Positions 49,855 through 60,555 are shown, numbered from the stretch's first letter. The stretch is DNA of 64,000 bases from Lachnospiraceae bacterium (GCA_050944475.1 JBMNRD010000004.1:113963-177962); one strand, 5' to 3'. Notes: generated by a model from the letters alone, not told the origin. Translations and numbers: made by a program.

Positions 49855-50754
49855 ATGGATATTACTTTATTGCATGAGTTTGTCGTGCTTGCCCAATCTG
49901 AAACCTTCCTTAAAGCAGCTGAACTGCTCTATGTTTCTCAGCCTACTTTATCAAGGCACATTAAAAGCCTTGAGACTGAACTTGGAGTTTCTCTTTTCGA
50001 GCGCACAACCCGAAAGTGCAAACTGACAAAATACGGACACCTTTTGCTCCCTTATGCCACACATATAACAGAACTTTACAGCACCTTTTTTAATGACCTG
50101 CGAGCGGAAAAGCAGGAAGAACTTACCGGAATCAGGATAGGCTCAAGTCCCGCAATGGGCTATTACGGAATCAATAATTTCCTTTCCCATTTCAGAAAAA
50201 CCTTCCCTGAAGTTAAAATCGAGCTTATTCCACAGCATAACATGGATGTTATCAAGATGATGGAAATGCATAACTGCGAATTTGCTTTTGTCCGGGAAAA
50301 TCCTGATGACATATACGAGAACTTTGTTCACCATCCTCTTGCTATGGATCATCTGGTTGCCGTCGTACCTTCCGGACACGTTCTTGCTGACAGAAAGACT
50401 CTATCGCCCGCAGATATCGGTGACGAGAAAATTCTATCTCTTCCTCCGGAAACCATCATATGTGAAGCCACCGTGAATTCGTTCCGACAAGCAGGAGCCG
50501 AAGCTAATATCATTATGCATAACCACAATGTCGAACACCTTCTTAATTGTGTCCAAATGGGGATGGGGGTTGCAGTGGTGCTTAGTTCCCAAGCCGAACG
50601 CTTCCTTGACCAAACTGAAAATCTGAGAATTATCGACATAACTCCCCTTGCGCGGTTACAGATCAGCCTGTGTTACCTGAAGTCTGCCGACCTAACCGAC
50701 GATGGAGAAAAATTTATCAAGCTGTTCAGTAAAAATTACGAAACTTCCTTTTGA
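49855..50754 (+). CDS. LysR-family transcriptional regulator
   Basis: The N-terminal wHTH is FLKAAELLYVSQPTLSRHIKSLE. ATG at 49855 (MDITLLHEF). Confidence 0.85.
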   Translation: MDITLLHEFVVLAQSETFLKAAELLYVSQPTLSRHIKSLETELGVSLFERTTRKCKLTKYGHLLLPYATHITELYSTFFNDLRAEKQEELTGIRIGSSPAMGYYGINNFLSHFRKTFPEVKIELIPQHNMDVIKMMEMHNCEFAFVRENPDDIYENFVHHPLAMDHLVAVVPSGHVLADRKTLSPADIGDEKILSLPPETIICEATVNSFRQAGAEANIIMHNHNVEHLLNCVQMGMGVAVVLSSQAERFLDQTENLRIIDITPLARLQISLCYLKSADLTDDGEKFIKLFSKNYETSF

Positions 50755-50778
50755 GACCGTTCGCCGCCTCTGCACAAG

Positions 50779-50812
50779 ACATCCCGTCGGCATCGCCTGC
50801 CGGGATGTTTTT
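50779..50812 (+). terminator. rho-independent terminator after the LysR gene
   Basis: 8-bp stem ACATCCCG / CGGGATGT followed by TTTTT. Confidence 0.7.
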
Positions 50813-50945
50813 GTAAGTCCGAATCCGGGAAACGTGCTTTTATGCAGGAAGTCATAAAAAGTTCCTGAAGTTTGAATAAATTTTTGCGCATCTGTGTGTT
50901 ATATTTATCTATACAATAATGTAATAAATCAAAGGTGGTATTATT

Positions 50946-52205
50946 ATGAATAGACACAAAGTTACAGCAACCTTTATGCGGCCCGCCCGGCATATGCAGG
51001 GAATGCTATATGCGCCCGAAAGAAAAGGAGATCGCAGTCATATCGGCATTATTCTCATGCACTCCGACAACGACTACCTTGACCAGTCTGCCGGATTTGA
51101 AATGTCCGCAAGGGGATATCAGGTGCTGTGCGCCAATCCCTCCATGTCGGCCCAGAGTTTTAATAACAAAATTAAAGAAGTGTCTGCTGCCGTCGAACTT
51201 TTGAAGAAGCAGGACGGCATTGAAAAAGTAATGCTTATAGGGCACAGCGGCGGAGCCTCGCTGATGTCCGCATATCAGAATCTCGCAGAAAACGGCGCAA
51301 AAACCTTCCAGGGTTCTGAAAAAATAATCAAATGTCCCGATTTTCTTGACGGTATGCCGCCTTCAGACGGCTTTCTCTGTCTTGATTCCAACTGGGGTAA
51401 CGGCGCCATGCGGCTGTTCGGAGTGGATCCTGCCGTAATTGATGACGACGACGGCCTGAATATAGATGAATCGCTCAACCTTTTCAATCCTGCCAACGGC
51501 TTTAGTCCGGAGGGTGCCACATATACCGATGAATTCCTCGAAAAATATTTCAGGGAGCAGCATCTGCGCAACATGCGCCTGATTGACTATGCACTGGAGC
51601 GCCTGGCCTTTATTGAGGCCGGCAAGGGACGCTACAACGACGATGAGCCCATGATTGTTGCAGGAGCTTCTCATTTCGGCCCGAACAACAAACTGTTCCC
51701 TCAGGATATCCGTTTCCTTTGCCGTACCAAGCAGGAGCGTACTCTGCTTAGGCCCGGCGAATCCACCTGTGAAATTGTACGTACCGTGAGAAAACCCCGG
51801 AATCTCCGTTCACTTACGGGAGACTTTGCCTTAGGCGCAATGCAGACTACCGTCCGCCGGTTCCTTGATACCCACGCAGTTCGCACGCTTGACGGCTATC
51901 ACTATGATGACTGTCAGGTTTTCGGTGTTGACTGGACTTCAAGTTATAACTGCACGCCGGGTAACGTTATCGGCATTTCCGTGCCCACGCTGATTCTTTC
52001 CATGAATGGCAGCTATGAATTCACGGCTGCGGAAACCATATATAACAACTGCACGTCCGCGGATAAGACCCTTGCCTTCGTTCATGGAGCCGGACATAAT
52101 TTCTACCCTGAAGCTGATTGTGAAAGCTACCCGGGGGAATTCGGCGATACCGTCAAAATTATATTTGACTATGCCGACCTCTGGCTTGCCGAAAGATTCT
52201 TGTAA
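50946..52205 (+). CDS. alpha/beta-fold hydrolase
   Basis: 419 aa with the nucleophile elbow GHSGG. Substrate unknown. Confidence 0.6.
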   Translation: MNRHKVTATFMRPARHMQGMLYAPERKGDRSHIGIILMHSDNDYLDQSAGFEMSARGYQVLCANPSMSAQSFNNKIKEVSAAVELLKKQDGIEKVMLIGHSGGASLMSAYQNLAENGAKTFQGSEKIIKCPDFLDGMPPSDGFLCLDSNWGNGAMRLFGVDPAVIDDDDGLNIDESLNLFNPANGFSPEGATYTDEFLEKYFREQHLRNMRLIDYALERLAFIEAGKGRYNDDEPMIVAGASHFGPNNKLFPQDIRFLCRTKQERTLLRPGESTCEIVRTVRKPRNLRSLTGDFALGAMQTTVRRFLDTHAVRTLDGYHYDDCQVFGVDWTSSYNCTPGNVIGISVPTLILSMNGSYEFTAAETIYNNCTSADKTLAFVHGAGHNFYPEADCESYPGEFGDTVKIIFDYADLWLAERFL

Positions 52206-52252
52206 ACTGCATCGGAACATCAACCTGTTTCCCGATAACAAAACACCGACCG

Positions 52253-52287
52253 CACTCCCGGTGCGGCCGGTGTTTTTGATGAATATA
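52253..52287. terminator. bidirectional rho-independent terminator
   Basis: The stem is ACACCGaCCGCAC / GTGCGGcCGGTGT. TTTTT follows and AAAA precedes it. Confidence 0.75.
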
Positions 52288-52297
52288 ATTTTTCGGA

Positions 52298-52501
52298 CTA
52301 CCTTGCTGCGAGATAGGTATTCATCTTTGACGCAATCTCCTCAGCATCGGTTCCGTGAACCTGACATGCTTCAGCCAGACTCTCTGCCTGCGCTGCAGGA
52401 CAGCCGAGGCAATGCATACCCGCTTCCAACAAAATCGGTACCAACCCTTCATCGATTCTTAGGATATCTCCAATTGTCATATCTGTTGTAATTGTTGCCA
52501 T
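52298..52501 (-). CDS. DUF1858-type small redox protein (hybrid-cluster-protein-associated family)
   Basis: It has TIGDILRIDEGLVPILLEAGMHCLGCP. ATG at 52501 follows GGAGGAG. Confidence 0.65.
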   Translation of the reverse strand: MATITTDMTIGDILRIDEGLVPILLEAGMHCLGCPAAQAESLAEACQVHGTDAEEIASKMNTYLAAR

Positions 52502-52728
52502 TTTCTCCTCCAAAAACATTTTTCCAAATGGTAGCGGAATTATAGTATATAAAACCGTCATTTTCAACCGTAGTGCTGTGAAACTGTGGAAATGCATAAA
52601 TTTATCCGTTTTTACATTTTTTTATTTGTTCAATAATATGATGATTATTTTGATTTTCCTCTTGAAATTGGCCGGTAATGCCATTATTATTATTTCAAAC
52701 ACGGGGAAACCCAAAGGAGGATTATTGA

Positions 52729-52899
52729 ATGGCATATGTGATTTCCGATGTCTGCATTTCATGCGGTGTCTGTGCGAGCGAATGTCCTGTGGAGGCAATC
52801 TCTGCGGGTGAAGAACAGTATGTGATTGACCCCGATATCTGCCTCTCGTGCGGTTCATGTGAGGCTGTTTGCCCGACCGGCGCTATTTCTCAGGAATAA
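52729..52899 (+). CDS. 2x[4Fe-4S] ferredoxin (56 aa)
   Basis: Below the ORF-track length cut-off. AAAGGAGG-N8-ATG precedes the ORF MAYVISDVCISCGVCASECP...CLSCGSCEAVCP, which has two CxxCxxCxxxCP motifs. Confidence 0.85.
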   Translation: MAYVISDVCISCGVCASECPVEAISAGEEQYVIDPDICLSCGSCEAVCPTGAISQE

Positions 52900-52925
52900 T
52901 TCAGTCGATTTTTACAGACAAGAAC

Positions 52926-52962
52926 ACGGGAGACCCTTTAAAAAGGCGTCTCCCGTTTGTTT
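52926..52962. terminator. rho-independent terminator between ferredoxin and dnaB
   Basis: 9-bp stem ACGGGAGAC / GTCTCCCGT followed by TTGTTTTG. Confidence 0.7.
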
Positions 52963-52981
52963 TGTATTTTTATTTAATTTT

Positions 52982-54322
52982 TTATGTAAATGTTCTTTCC
53001 AAACCGACGAATTTAGTATACATCGGCTGCCACGCCAGCTTGATTGTCCCCACCGGGCCGTTGCGCTGCTTGGCAATGATTATCTCCGCAACGTTTTTCT
53101 CTTCGGTATCGGGGTGATAATAATCATCCCTGTAAAGGAACATGATTACATCCGCATCCTGTTCAATGGCGCCCGACTCCCTGATATCCGACAACAAGGG
53201 TCTGTGGTCCTGGCGGCTATCGGCAGCACGGTTCAGCTGTGACAACACAACCACCGGTATATCCAACTCTCTTGCAATTCCTTTCAGCGCTCTGGAAATA
53301 TCCGAAATTTCCTGCTGCCTCGATTCGACATTTTTTCCGGAACTCATAAGCTGAATATAATCGACGATAACCATTTGTATGTCATGTTCCAGCTTGTATT
53401 TACGGCATTTGGATCGCAGCTCCGTAACGGAGATGCCGGAAGTGTCATCGATGATGATTTTAGATTTACCCACTGCATCCGAACTGTCCATCAAAGACTC
53501 CCACTGGCTGTCGCTTAATTCACCCGTTCTGATAACCTGTGCATCAATATTGGAATCCATTGACAACAGACGGTGAACCAACTGCTCCTTGGACATTTCC
53601 AGACTGAAAATAGCCACACTCAGGTCCTTCTTCAATGCGGCGTATTTTGCCAGTGACAGGGCAAATGCGGTCTTTCCCATTGAAGGCCGACCGGCAATCA
53701 GTATAAAATCCGACGGCTGCAAACCGTTGGTTTTCTTGTCCAAGTCTGCAAAGCCCGTAGACACGCCGGTCAGATGTCCCTTTGTCTTGGCTGCCTCTTC
53801 TATCCTGCGAAGTACGGTCATTACAACTTCCTTGATAGGAACATGCTCTTTGCTGTTTCTTGTCTGTATCAGGTTGAAAATGCTTTTTTCGGTTTCCTCC
53901 AAAATGTCATCCAGCCCGTCATTTTGCATATAACAGTCCGCCGAAATTTTTTCGGAAGCCTTTATCAGCTTCCTCAATGTGGATTTTTCATGCACAATCC
54001 GCACATATTGTCTTATGTTAGCAGAGGTCGGCACGGCACCGATGATTGCTTTAATAAATTCCGTGCCCGTTATCTCCTCCGGAGCACCCTTTTCCCTCAG
54101 GCGATCGCTTAAGGTAATGACGTCAACGGGCTTGTGTTCCGCCCATAGTTCAACCATGGCGGTAAACATTACTCCGTTCTGCCTTGCATAAAAATCATCC
54201 TCGGCCAGATACTCCGCCGCCACGTCAATGGCCTCCACGTCCATCAGCATGGAACCTATTACGGACTGCTCCGCCTCTAAGCTGTGGGGCATTATCTTTT
54301 TAATGAGTACTTCATCTTCCAT
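52982..54322 (-). CDS. dnaB: replicative DNA helicase
   Basis: 446 aa with Walker A GRPSMGKT and the N-terminal LEAEQSVIGSML. Confidence 0.95.
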   Translation of the reverse strand: MEDEVLIKKIMPHSLEAEQSVIGSMLMDVEAIDVAAEYLAEDDFYARQNGVMFTAMVELWAEHKPVDVITLSDRLREKGAPEEITGTEFIKAIIGAVPTSANIRQYVRIVHEKSTLRKLIKASEKISADCYMQNDGLDDILEETEKSIFNLIQTRNSKEHVPIKEVVMTVLRRIEEAAKTKGHLTGVSTGFADLDKKTNGLQPSDFILIAGRPSMGKTAFALSLAKYAALKKDLSVAIFSLEMSKEQLVHRLLSMDSNIDAQVIRTGELSDSQWESLMDSSDAVGKSKIIIDDTSGISVTELRSKCRKYKLEHDIQMVIVDYIQLMSSGKNVESRQQEISDISRALKGIARELDIPVVVLSQLNRAADSRQDHRPLLSDIRESGAIEQDADVIMFLYRDDYYHPDTEEKNVAEIIIAKQRNGPVGTIKLAWQPMYTKFVGLERTFT

Positions 54323-54771
54323 TACTGTTCCTCAACGACATTTATCGTCAGTTCCGCTGTGACATCCGGATGCAGGCGTGCCTTGACTATGTGTGTGCCT
54401 ATTTCCTTAATCGGCTCGTCAAGAAGGATCTTTTTCTTGTCAATCTCAAGCTGCCAACTGTTTCTGTAAGCAATTGCAATCTCTTTACTGGAAATGGCTC
54501 CGAACAATTTCCCGCTTGTCCCGCTCTTAACTTCAATGGTTACCGGACAGCCGTCAATCTTTGCGGCCAGTTCCTCTGCAGCCTCCTTTGCTTCTCTGGC
54601 GCTTTTTTCTTCATTTGCTTTCTGTAGTTTCAAGGTGTTCATTGCGGCGGCATCAGCCTCCACGCCTTTCTTTTTGGGGATGAGAAAATTCCTTGCATAA
54701 CCGTCACTGGCTTCGACGGTTTCACCCTTTTTCCCCAGCGATTTAATGTCTTCCAATAAAATTACTTTCAT
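54322..54771 (-). CDS. rplI: 50S ribosomal protein L9
   Basis: MKVILLEDIKSLGKKGE. Confidence 0.95.
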   Translation of the reverse strand: MKVILLEDIKSLGKKGETVEASDGYARNFLIPKKKGVEADAAAMNTLKLQKANEEKSAREAKEAAEELAAKIDGCPVTIEVKSGTSGKLFGAISSKEIAIAYRNSWQLEIDKKKILLDEPIKEIGTHIVKARLHPDVTAELTINVVEEQ

Positions 54772-56816
54772 TGCAATATTCCCTCTTCTATCATTTTTCT
54801 GATTATGAGTTTCAGTTTTTTCTCAGCCTCCTCTATGGAACTGTTTTTAAGTTGTGCGCCGGCAACATTCATGTGCCCGCCGCCACCCATCCTTTCCATG
54901 ATAAGCTGTACGTTCAGATTGCCCTTTGAGCGGGCGCTTATATGTATGTCCCCTGAAAAATCTACCATCACGAAGCTTGCCCTGATGCCGCTGATTGTCA
55001 GCAGTTCGTTTGCTACCTGAGCTGCAACGATAGTGGGGTTTTCCACACCTTCCGTGGGACTGACCGCAATCGCAAAGCCGTCCGCAAATATCTCCGCGGT
55101 CTTAATGGTCTCCGCCTTCAGCTTGAAATCCTGGAGAGTATCGCTGAACATGCCGTTCACTCGGTTGATATCCACTCCGTTCTTACGAAGATACGCCGCA
55201 GCCTCGAAAGTCTTTACTCCGGTGTTCTTGGTAAAGCCGTCCGTGTCAATCAGAATCCCCGCATAAAGAGCTTCCGCTTCAAGCTTTGTCAGCCTTATAT
55301 CCCCTGCTATATATTGCAGCAGTTCGGTAACCATTTCCGAGGCCGAGGAGGCCGACGGCTCCACATACGACAAGACAACATTATCAATACGATCTCCGCT
55401 TTGGAGATGATGATCAATCATTATTATGGTTTTTGTTTTATGAATAAGGTCGGGGCACTCAAAGATCTCCGGCCTGTTAACGTCAACTATCACCAAGGCG
55501 GTATCTTCGTCAACATATTTAGCGGCGTCATTTGCCGAAACGAATGCCTCCTCACCGTAGTCCTCACTGTCAAGGAAATCCTCCAATATGGGCTGGACTG
55601 AATTGCCGAGCTCGTTAAGCACTATATATGCCTTCTTTCCAAGTTCTTTGGCGGCCCTGCTGATTCCCACCGCCGCTCCGAAACAGTCCGCATCCCCTAT
55701 CTTGTGGCCCATTATTACCACCCGCTCACGGCTTGACAGAACTTCTCTAAGTGCCAGCGCGGTTACCCTTGCGCGCACTCTGGTGTTCTTCTCAACCGAC
55801 TTTGTTTTTCCTCCGTAGAAATAGGTCCTCTCGCCCTCTTTGATAACCACCTGGTCGCCGCCCCGACCAAGTGCAAGCTCTAAGGCAATTCTGGAATAGT
55901 CCTGACTTTGGTGGTAACTGTCCCCCACTCCGACACCGACGCTGATTGTAACGGGAACGTCATCATCCGAATCAATCTGCCTGATGGTATCCAGCAGGTC
56001 GAATTTGTTGCGCTGCATGAGCGCAAGATATTTGCGCTCAAACATGACGAAGTATTTATCCTTTTCGGTCTTTCTTATCAGGCCTCCGACCTGAGAGAAA
56101 TAATCTGCAATTTCCTTGTCAATAAAGGCCATTAAAAGTGATGTTCGTATATTGTCAACCTGTTCAAATACCTCATCGTAATCGTCTATTGTAAGTGAAC
56201 AAATAACAGCCTGTTTCTCAACTGCCTGTTGCATCATGGTTACAATTTCTGTCTCATCTATCATGTAGACCGCCAGAACATAACCGTCCTTACGGGAAAG
56301 ATCCACTATTTTTTTTGAGTTCATCTGGCCGGAAAGTGACAGCTTCGTAAAATGCAGACGGTAATTTCTACGGTCATAGACAACTGCCACATCATTCTGT
56401 CTGCCTTCAAATTCCAGGTCACTTAAACGCATTTCTTTGAAAATATCAAAAAGACTGCCTTCCTCCGGACTGCCGTCATAAATCCGTCCGAAGCGCTTGT
56501 TATACATGAATATAACGCCATTCTTGTCCGTAATGGCATAAGGCAACGGAAAATCATTTATCATCCTGCCTTCCATGGTTTCATAATCGCGGGCAAATTC
56601 CAACAAGTGCTCTGCAAAACGCCGCTTATTTACAAGTACGAAAATCAATGTGGCTGTTAAATGTACCAGAAAAACAACCGCCGCCAGATAGCCGAATTCC
56701 TTGTTCATCAAAAAGGCGGGGACTGCGGCCAACAGCAAAACAGCATTGGCAATAACGGGAAATATCAGAGCTCCCTTTACCATTGTACCCACTTTGATTG
56801 TTTTTGCCTTCTTCAT
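54768..56816 (-). CDS. gdpP: GdpP-type DHH/DHHA1 phosphodiesterase (c-di-AMP PDE family)
   Basis: 682 aa with two N-terminal TM helices, a degenerate GGDEF region and DHH (IDHH). Conserved position upstream of rplI-dnaB. Confidence 0.85.
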   Translation of the reverse strand: MKKAKTIKVGTMVKGALIFPVIANAVLLLAAVPAFLMNKEFGYLAAVVFLVHLTATLIFVLVNKRRFAEHLLEFARDYETMEGRMINDFPLPYAITDKNGVIFMYNKRFGRIYDGSPEEGSLFDIFKEMRLSDLEFEGRQNDVAVVYDRRNYRLHFTKLSLSGQMNSKKIVDLSRKDGYVLAVYMIDETEIVTMMQQAVEKQAVICSLTIDDYDEVFEQVDNIRTSLLMAFIDKEIADYFSQVGGLIRKTEKDKYFVMFERKYLALMQRNKFDLLDTIRQIDSDDDVPVTISVGVGVGDSYHQSQDYSRIALELALGRGGDQVVIKEGERTYFYGGKTKSVEKNTRVRARVTALALREVLSSRERVVIMGHKIGDADCFGAAVGISRAAKELGKKAYIVLNELGNSVQPILEDFLDSEDYGEEAFVSANDAAKYVDEDTALVIVDVNRPEIFECPDLIHKTKTIIMIDHHLQSGDRIDNVVLSYVEPSASSASEMVTELLQYIAGDIRLTKLEAEALYAGILIDTDGFTKNTGVKTFEAAAYLRKNGVDINRVNGMFSDTLQDFKLKAETIKTAEIFADGFAIAVSPTEGVENPTIVAAQVANELLTISGIRASFVMVDFSGDIHISARSKGNLNVQLIMERMGGGGHMNVAGAQLKNSSIEEAEKKLKLIIRKMIEEGILQ

Positions 56817-56989
56817 ATACTTCTCCGTTTTCGCGTTTGCACCGGCAGTCGGCAGACGTTTTCGCTTTCCGAAAGGTATTTAATTATATCAAAAATGTTG
56901 AATAAATACAACAACCATGCAATTCAAAAACTGCCGCGGCAAAAGCCACGGCAGTTTTCAACCGACCTCTAATGAATTTACATAACAAT

Positions 56990-57934
56990 CTAACTGATAT
57001 CCTTCTTTTCTCTGCGCTGCCTCTTTCTTTTCCTCGCTATCTTAATCGGTATGAATATCGCACAAAATACCACTGCGCAAATAGCCAAAATCGGCAACGC
57101 GGCAATTGCTACAACAATAGCATCCTCAAAGAACCGGCCCAGCCCCTTAATAACCACATTGAATGCCCTTGAAATCCTGTCTCCGAGGCTGTCCCTCGAT
57201 ATGGCCACCTCGGTATATTCCACGACTTCATTAAGGTTGACTCTGACGGTGCACAGCTCAATCAGGTCATCCATGTAACGCTTGTTTCCCTTTAGAGCGT
57301 CAATCATGTAAAGAACTTCTGTCATCTCGCTTTCAATTGTAATAACATCCGACATTTCCGTGGCCTTGTCAAGGTAGTCCATCAACTTATCGTAATGCTT
57401 CTCATAAAGATCGATCCGGGCTTCATTGTCGTAATACTCGGTTGTAACATCGTCGGTACTGCGATTTTTCTTGGTAATGGATCCCACGCCCTCAAGACTG
57501 TCGAGGAAATTTTCATACGTATCTATGGGAATCCTGAACTCCAGTGACGAGCTCCTGCCCGAATCTCCATATACCGCGGGCTTTGTCCCCCATGTTTCCT
57601 CGGATGGAACAAATCCTCCCGCTTTTTCCACGGCGGCTATTATTGTATTGTAATCCTCTTCAAAATTCTTGGTTTCGATGGTATATCCGGAGGTATAAAT
57701 AAGCTTACGGTCATTGTTCACATAAGCGGCCTCATCGAGTCCTCCGATGGAAGCGGATTCGTTTGAAGATTCCGAATCAACAATCTCCGGCATATCAAAA
57801 TCTTCTTTTGCATATCCCGCATCTCCATTGTAGTATGCATCTTTTCTCGCTTCTCCGCCGCAACCAATAGAAAATACGGAACACATGCCAAGGATAATTG
57901 TTATTACCAAAAGCAAAGAAAGTTTATGTTTCAT
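56990..57934 (-). CDS. DUF4349-like lipoprotein with C-terminal TM helix
   Basis: ATG at 57934. It has the lipobox FSIGC and a coiled central region. Confidence 0.6.
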   Translation of the reverse strand: MKHKLSLLLVITIILGMCSVFSIGCGGEARKDAYYNGDAGYAKEDFDMPEIVDSESSNESASIGGLDEAAYVNNDRKLIYTSGYTIETKNFEEDYNTIIAAVEKAGGFVPSEETWGTKPAVYGDSGRSSSLEFRIPIDTYENFLDSLEGVGSITKKNRSTDDVTTEYYDNEARIDLYEKHYDKLMDYLDKATEMSDVITIESEMTEVLYMIDALKGNKRYMDDLIELCTVRVNLNEVVEYTEVAISRDSLGDRISRAFNVVIKGLGRFFEDAIVVAIAALPILAICAVVFCAIFIPIKIARKRKRQRREKKDIS

Positions 57935-58078
57935 AATGTTTTTCCTTTCTAACAAACAATCTTGTTAATAAAATAGCATTCCCCTTGTAATCATAATAAT
58001 AACGCCTGCAGGAAATCTCGCAGAAATTATATCAAAGCCCGCGGGAAATGTAAATATTTAGAATGTGACTATCATATA

Positions 58079-58110
58079 AGAAAACGGTGCAGCCTTTACA
58101 GGCTGCACCG
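58079..58110 (-). terminator. rho-independent terminator after rpsR
   Basis: 10-bp stem CGGTGCAGCC / GGCTGCACCG. A U-run follows on the minus strand. Confidence 0.75.
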
Positions 58111-58172
58111 TCGCTTACATATGACTATCCGCCACCGGCGTGGTTGACTTAAAATAAATTCAACTACCTGAA

Positions 58173-58436
58173 TTAATCAACAGAATATGGTAACAAAGCA
58201 ATATGCCTGGCTCTCTTAACAGCTGTCGTGACAGCTCTCTGATGCTTAGCACAGGTGCCTGTGATTCTTCTCGGAAGTATTTTTCCTCTCTCTGAAATGT
58301 ACTTCTTGAGAGTATTTACATCCTTGTAGTCAGCAGGCGGAACGTTCTCACCACAGAAAGCACAGGTTTTCCTTTTTCTGCGAACAGTAGTTCTTCTTCT
58401 CGGAGCTTCGCTCCTGTCTGTTTTGTTATATGCCAT
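58173..58436 (-). CDS. rpsR: 30S ribosomal protein S18
   Basis: 87 aa with [16 protein letters not shown]. Confidence 0.95.
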   Translation of the reverse strand: MAYNKTDRSEAPRRRTTVRRKRKTCAFCGENVPPADYKDVNTLKKYISERGKILPRRITGTCAKHQRAVTTAVKRARHIALLPYSVD

Positions 58437-58462
58437 TATTATGACCTCCCTTTACATACGGT

Positions 58463-58915
58463 TTAATTGAATGGCAAACCCTCGTCTTCCAATCCGTCCG
58501 GAATGCTCATGAAGCCTTCAAGAACTGCCTCTGTGGGAACAGGCGCCCCTTGTGCAGGCTGTGATTGCGCCTGCCCTGCCGTACCGCTGCTTGCAGCCTT
58601 GCTCTCGGCAAATTCCACATTCTCAATGACTACATCGGTAGTATAAACCTTTTGTCCGTCCTTGTTTGTGTAACTGCCCGTCTGAATTCTGCCCTCGGTA
58701 CAAATCTTGGTGCCCTGTTTAATGTACTTTTCAAAAAACTCTGCTGTCTTTCCAAAAGCTACACAACTGATAAAATCCGCACTCTGGTCTCCATCGCGCT
58801 TGAATCTTCTGTCTACCGCAAGTGTAAATCTGGCAACCGCTATGGATGATTCGCCCTGTGAATATCTTATATCGGGATCTCTTGTGAGGCGTCCCATTAG
58901 TATAACCCTATTCAT
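58463..58915 (-). CDS. ssb: single-stranded DNA-binding protein
   Basis: MNRVILMGRLTRDP and the acidic tail DEGLPF. Confidence 0.95.
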   Translation of the reverse strand: MNRVILMGRLTRDPDIRYSQGESSIAVARFTLAVDRRFKRDGDQSADFISCVAFGKTAEFFEKYIKQGTKICTEGRIQTGSYTNKDGQKVYTTDVVIENVEFAESKAASSGTAGQAQSQPAQGAPVPTEAVLEGFMSIPDGLEDEGLPFN

Positions 58916-58959
58916 AAGTAACTCCTTTTCTGCGAGTGTTTAGTGCCATTTGCCGCTTA

Positions 58960-59253
58960 TTACTCTTCGTCTTTTCTGACAACCAGAAATCTGATAACTC
59001 CGTCCAAAATTCTCAGCTCACGCTCGAGATCGTTAGGACATTCAGAATTCTCCGACTCAAAATGTACAAAGTAGTAGTAGGCTTCGCTCATTTTCTGAAT
59101 CTCGTAGGCCAGCTTCTTAAGGCCCCAGTCATCGACATTTGTAACGGTTCCCTGATACCTTTCAATAAAACCTTTGACTTTTTCGATAACTGCCACGCGA
59201 TCTTCTTCTTCGAGCTTAGCACTGACAACAACTGCTGTTTCATATTTGCTCAT
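58960..59253 (-). CDS. rpsF: 30S ribosomal protein S6
   Basis: ATG at 59253 follows AAGGAGGTG. The N-terminus is MSKYETAVVV. Confidence 0.9.
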   Translation of the reverse strand: MSKYETAVVVSAKLEEEDRVAVIEKVKGFIERYQGTVTNVDDWGLKKLAYEIQKMSEAYYYFVHFESENSECPNDLERELRILDGVIRFLVVRKDEE

Positions 59254-59358
59254 GTCTCGCACCTCCTTTTGGTCTCTGGCCCCCCAACAAGTGGAGAGCA
59301 AGGAATATTATCACGGAAGAATATGGTAACATGCGTTTTGCCAATTTGCAAGAACGAA

Positions 59359-60555
59359 TTATTGCCTTATCGTATCTATCAGTTTAACAAAATCATCATG
59401 CCCCCAGATCTGCGGCACGGGATAAAGAGGATTGGCCTCCTTCATTGCCCAGGCAATGATCTGCTCGATATCCTCGTCCTTAATAACATCGGTTCCCACG
59501 GGGATATCCATCTGCTTTTTCAGATCTTCGATCCAGGCAATGAATTTCTCCGCCTTTTCACGGCTGTCCTTGCCTTCCATTCCGCATTCCTGCGCAAGCT
59601 CCGCAAGCCTGTCATAAACGGAAGCTCCGAACTGGCGCATTACGTGCGGCAGAATAATTGCCATGGCAAGACCGTGAGGAACTCCGTACAGGCCGCTGAG
59701 CGTATGCCCGACTGCATGAACGTAGCCCACGCAGCCTCTGGTAAATGCCCTGCCCGCACAAAAAGCCGCTATTTGCATGTTCTGTCTGGCATCCGGATTT
59801 TTTCCGTCTCTGTAAACCACTAAAAGATTTTCATGTATCAGCCTGACTGCCTTCTTTGCCAGCCTGTTCTCCAGTTTTGTGTTGTATGTACGGTTGGTAT
59901 AGGCCTCTACTGCATGGCTCAAGGCATCAAGACCCGTTGTGGCGGTAATGAACGGAGGCAGACCTACGGTCAACTCCGGATCCATAACCGCATATTTGGG
60001 CAGGATTGAAGGATCGTTTATCGACGCTTTACGGTGAGTTGCGCTGTCCGTAATAACCGTGGCGACGGTTGTCTCCGAGCCGGTTCCGGCGGTTGTGGGA
60101 ACCGCAAAGAGTAGAGGGATTTTCTTATGCACCTTCAACAATCCCTGCAATTGGACAATGCTTTTCTTCGGGTGTGCAACCTTGGCTCCGATTGCCTTGG
60201 CACAGTCTATCGGGGAGCCTCCACCGATGGCAACGATTGCCTGACAACCCTCTTTTTTATAAAGAGCAAAACCTGCCTCAACATTGTCGCTAGTGGGATT
60301 TGGCGATACGTCGGAATAAAGCGCGTACGGGAAACCTGCCTCATCAAGGGCGTCCAGCAGGCCGTTTGGCAGGCCTATCTTCATAAGGCCGTTATCGGTT
60401 ACAATCAATACCTTTCCGGCACCCTTTTCCTTAAGCATGGCCGGAAGTTTTTTGATTGACCCCGGTCCATCAATATACTCGGGCATTCTGTATCCCATAA
60501 AATAATTTCCGACCTTCAGCACGGCCTGGAAAATTCTGCAATATATTTTTGACAT
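59359..60555 (-). CDS. iron-containing alcohol dehydrogenase
   Basis: 398 aa with GGGSPIDCAKA and conserved His clusters. Confidence 0.85.
   Translation of the reverse strand: MSKIYCRIFQAVLKVGNYFMGYRMPEYIDGPGSIKKLPAMLKEKGAGKVLIVTDNGLMKIGLPNGLLDALDEAGFPYALYSDVSPNPTSDNVEAGFALYKKEGCQAIVAIGGGSPIDCAKAIGAKVAHPKKSIVQLQGLLKVHKKIPLLFAVPTTAGTGSETTVATVITDSATHRKASINDPSILPKYAVMDPELTVGLPPFITATTGLDALSHAVEAYTNRTYNTKLENRLAKKAVRLIHENLLVVYRDGKNPDARQNMQIAAFCAGRAFTRGCVGYVHAVGHTLSGLYGVPHGLAMAIILPHVMRQFGASVYDRLAELAQECGMEGKDSREKAEKFIAWIEDLKKQMDIPVGTDVIKDEDIEQIIAWAMKEANPLYPVPQIWGHDDFVKLIDTIRQ

Noticed and set aside
59254-59358. Possible rpsF (S6:S18) autoregulatory leader.
   Set aside because: A plausible promoter (TTGCAA-N17-TACCAT) is present. 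I could not verify the leader secondary structure by eye.
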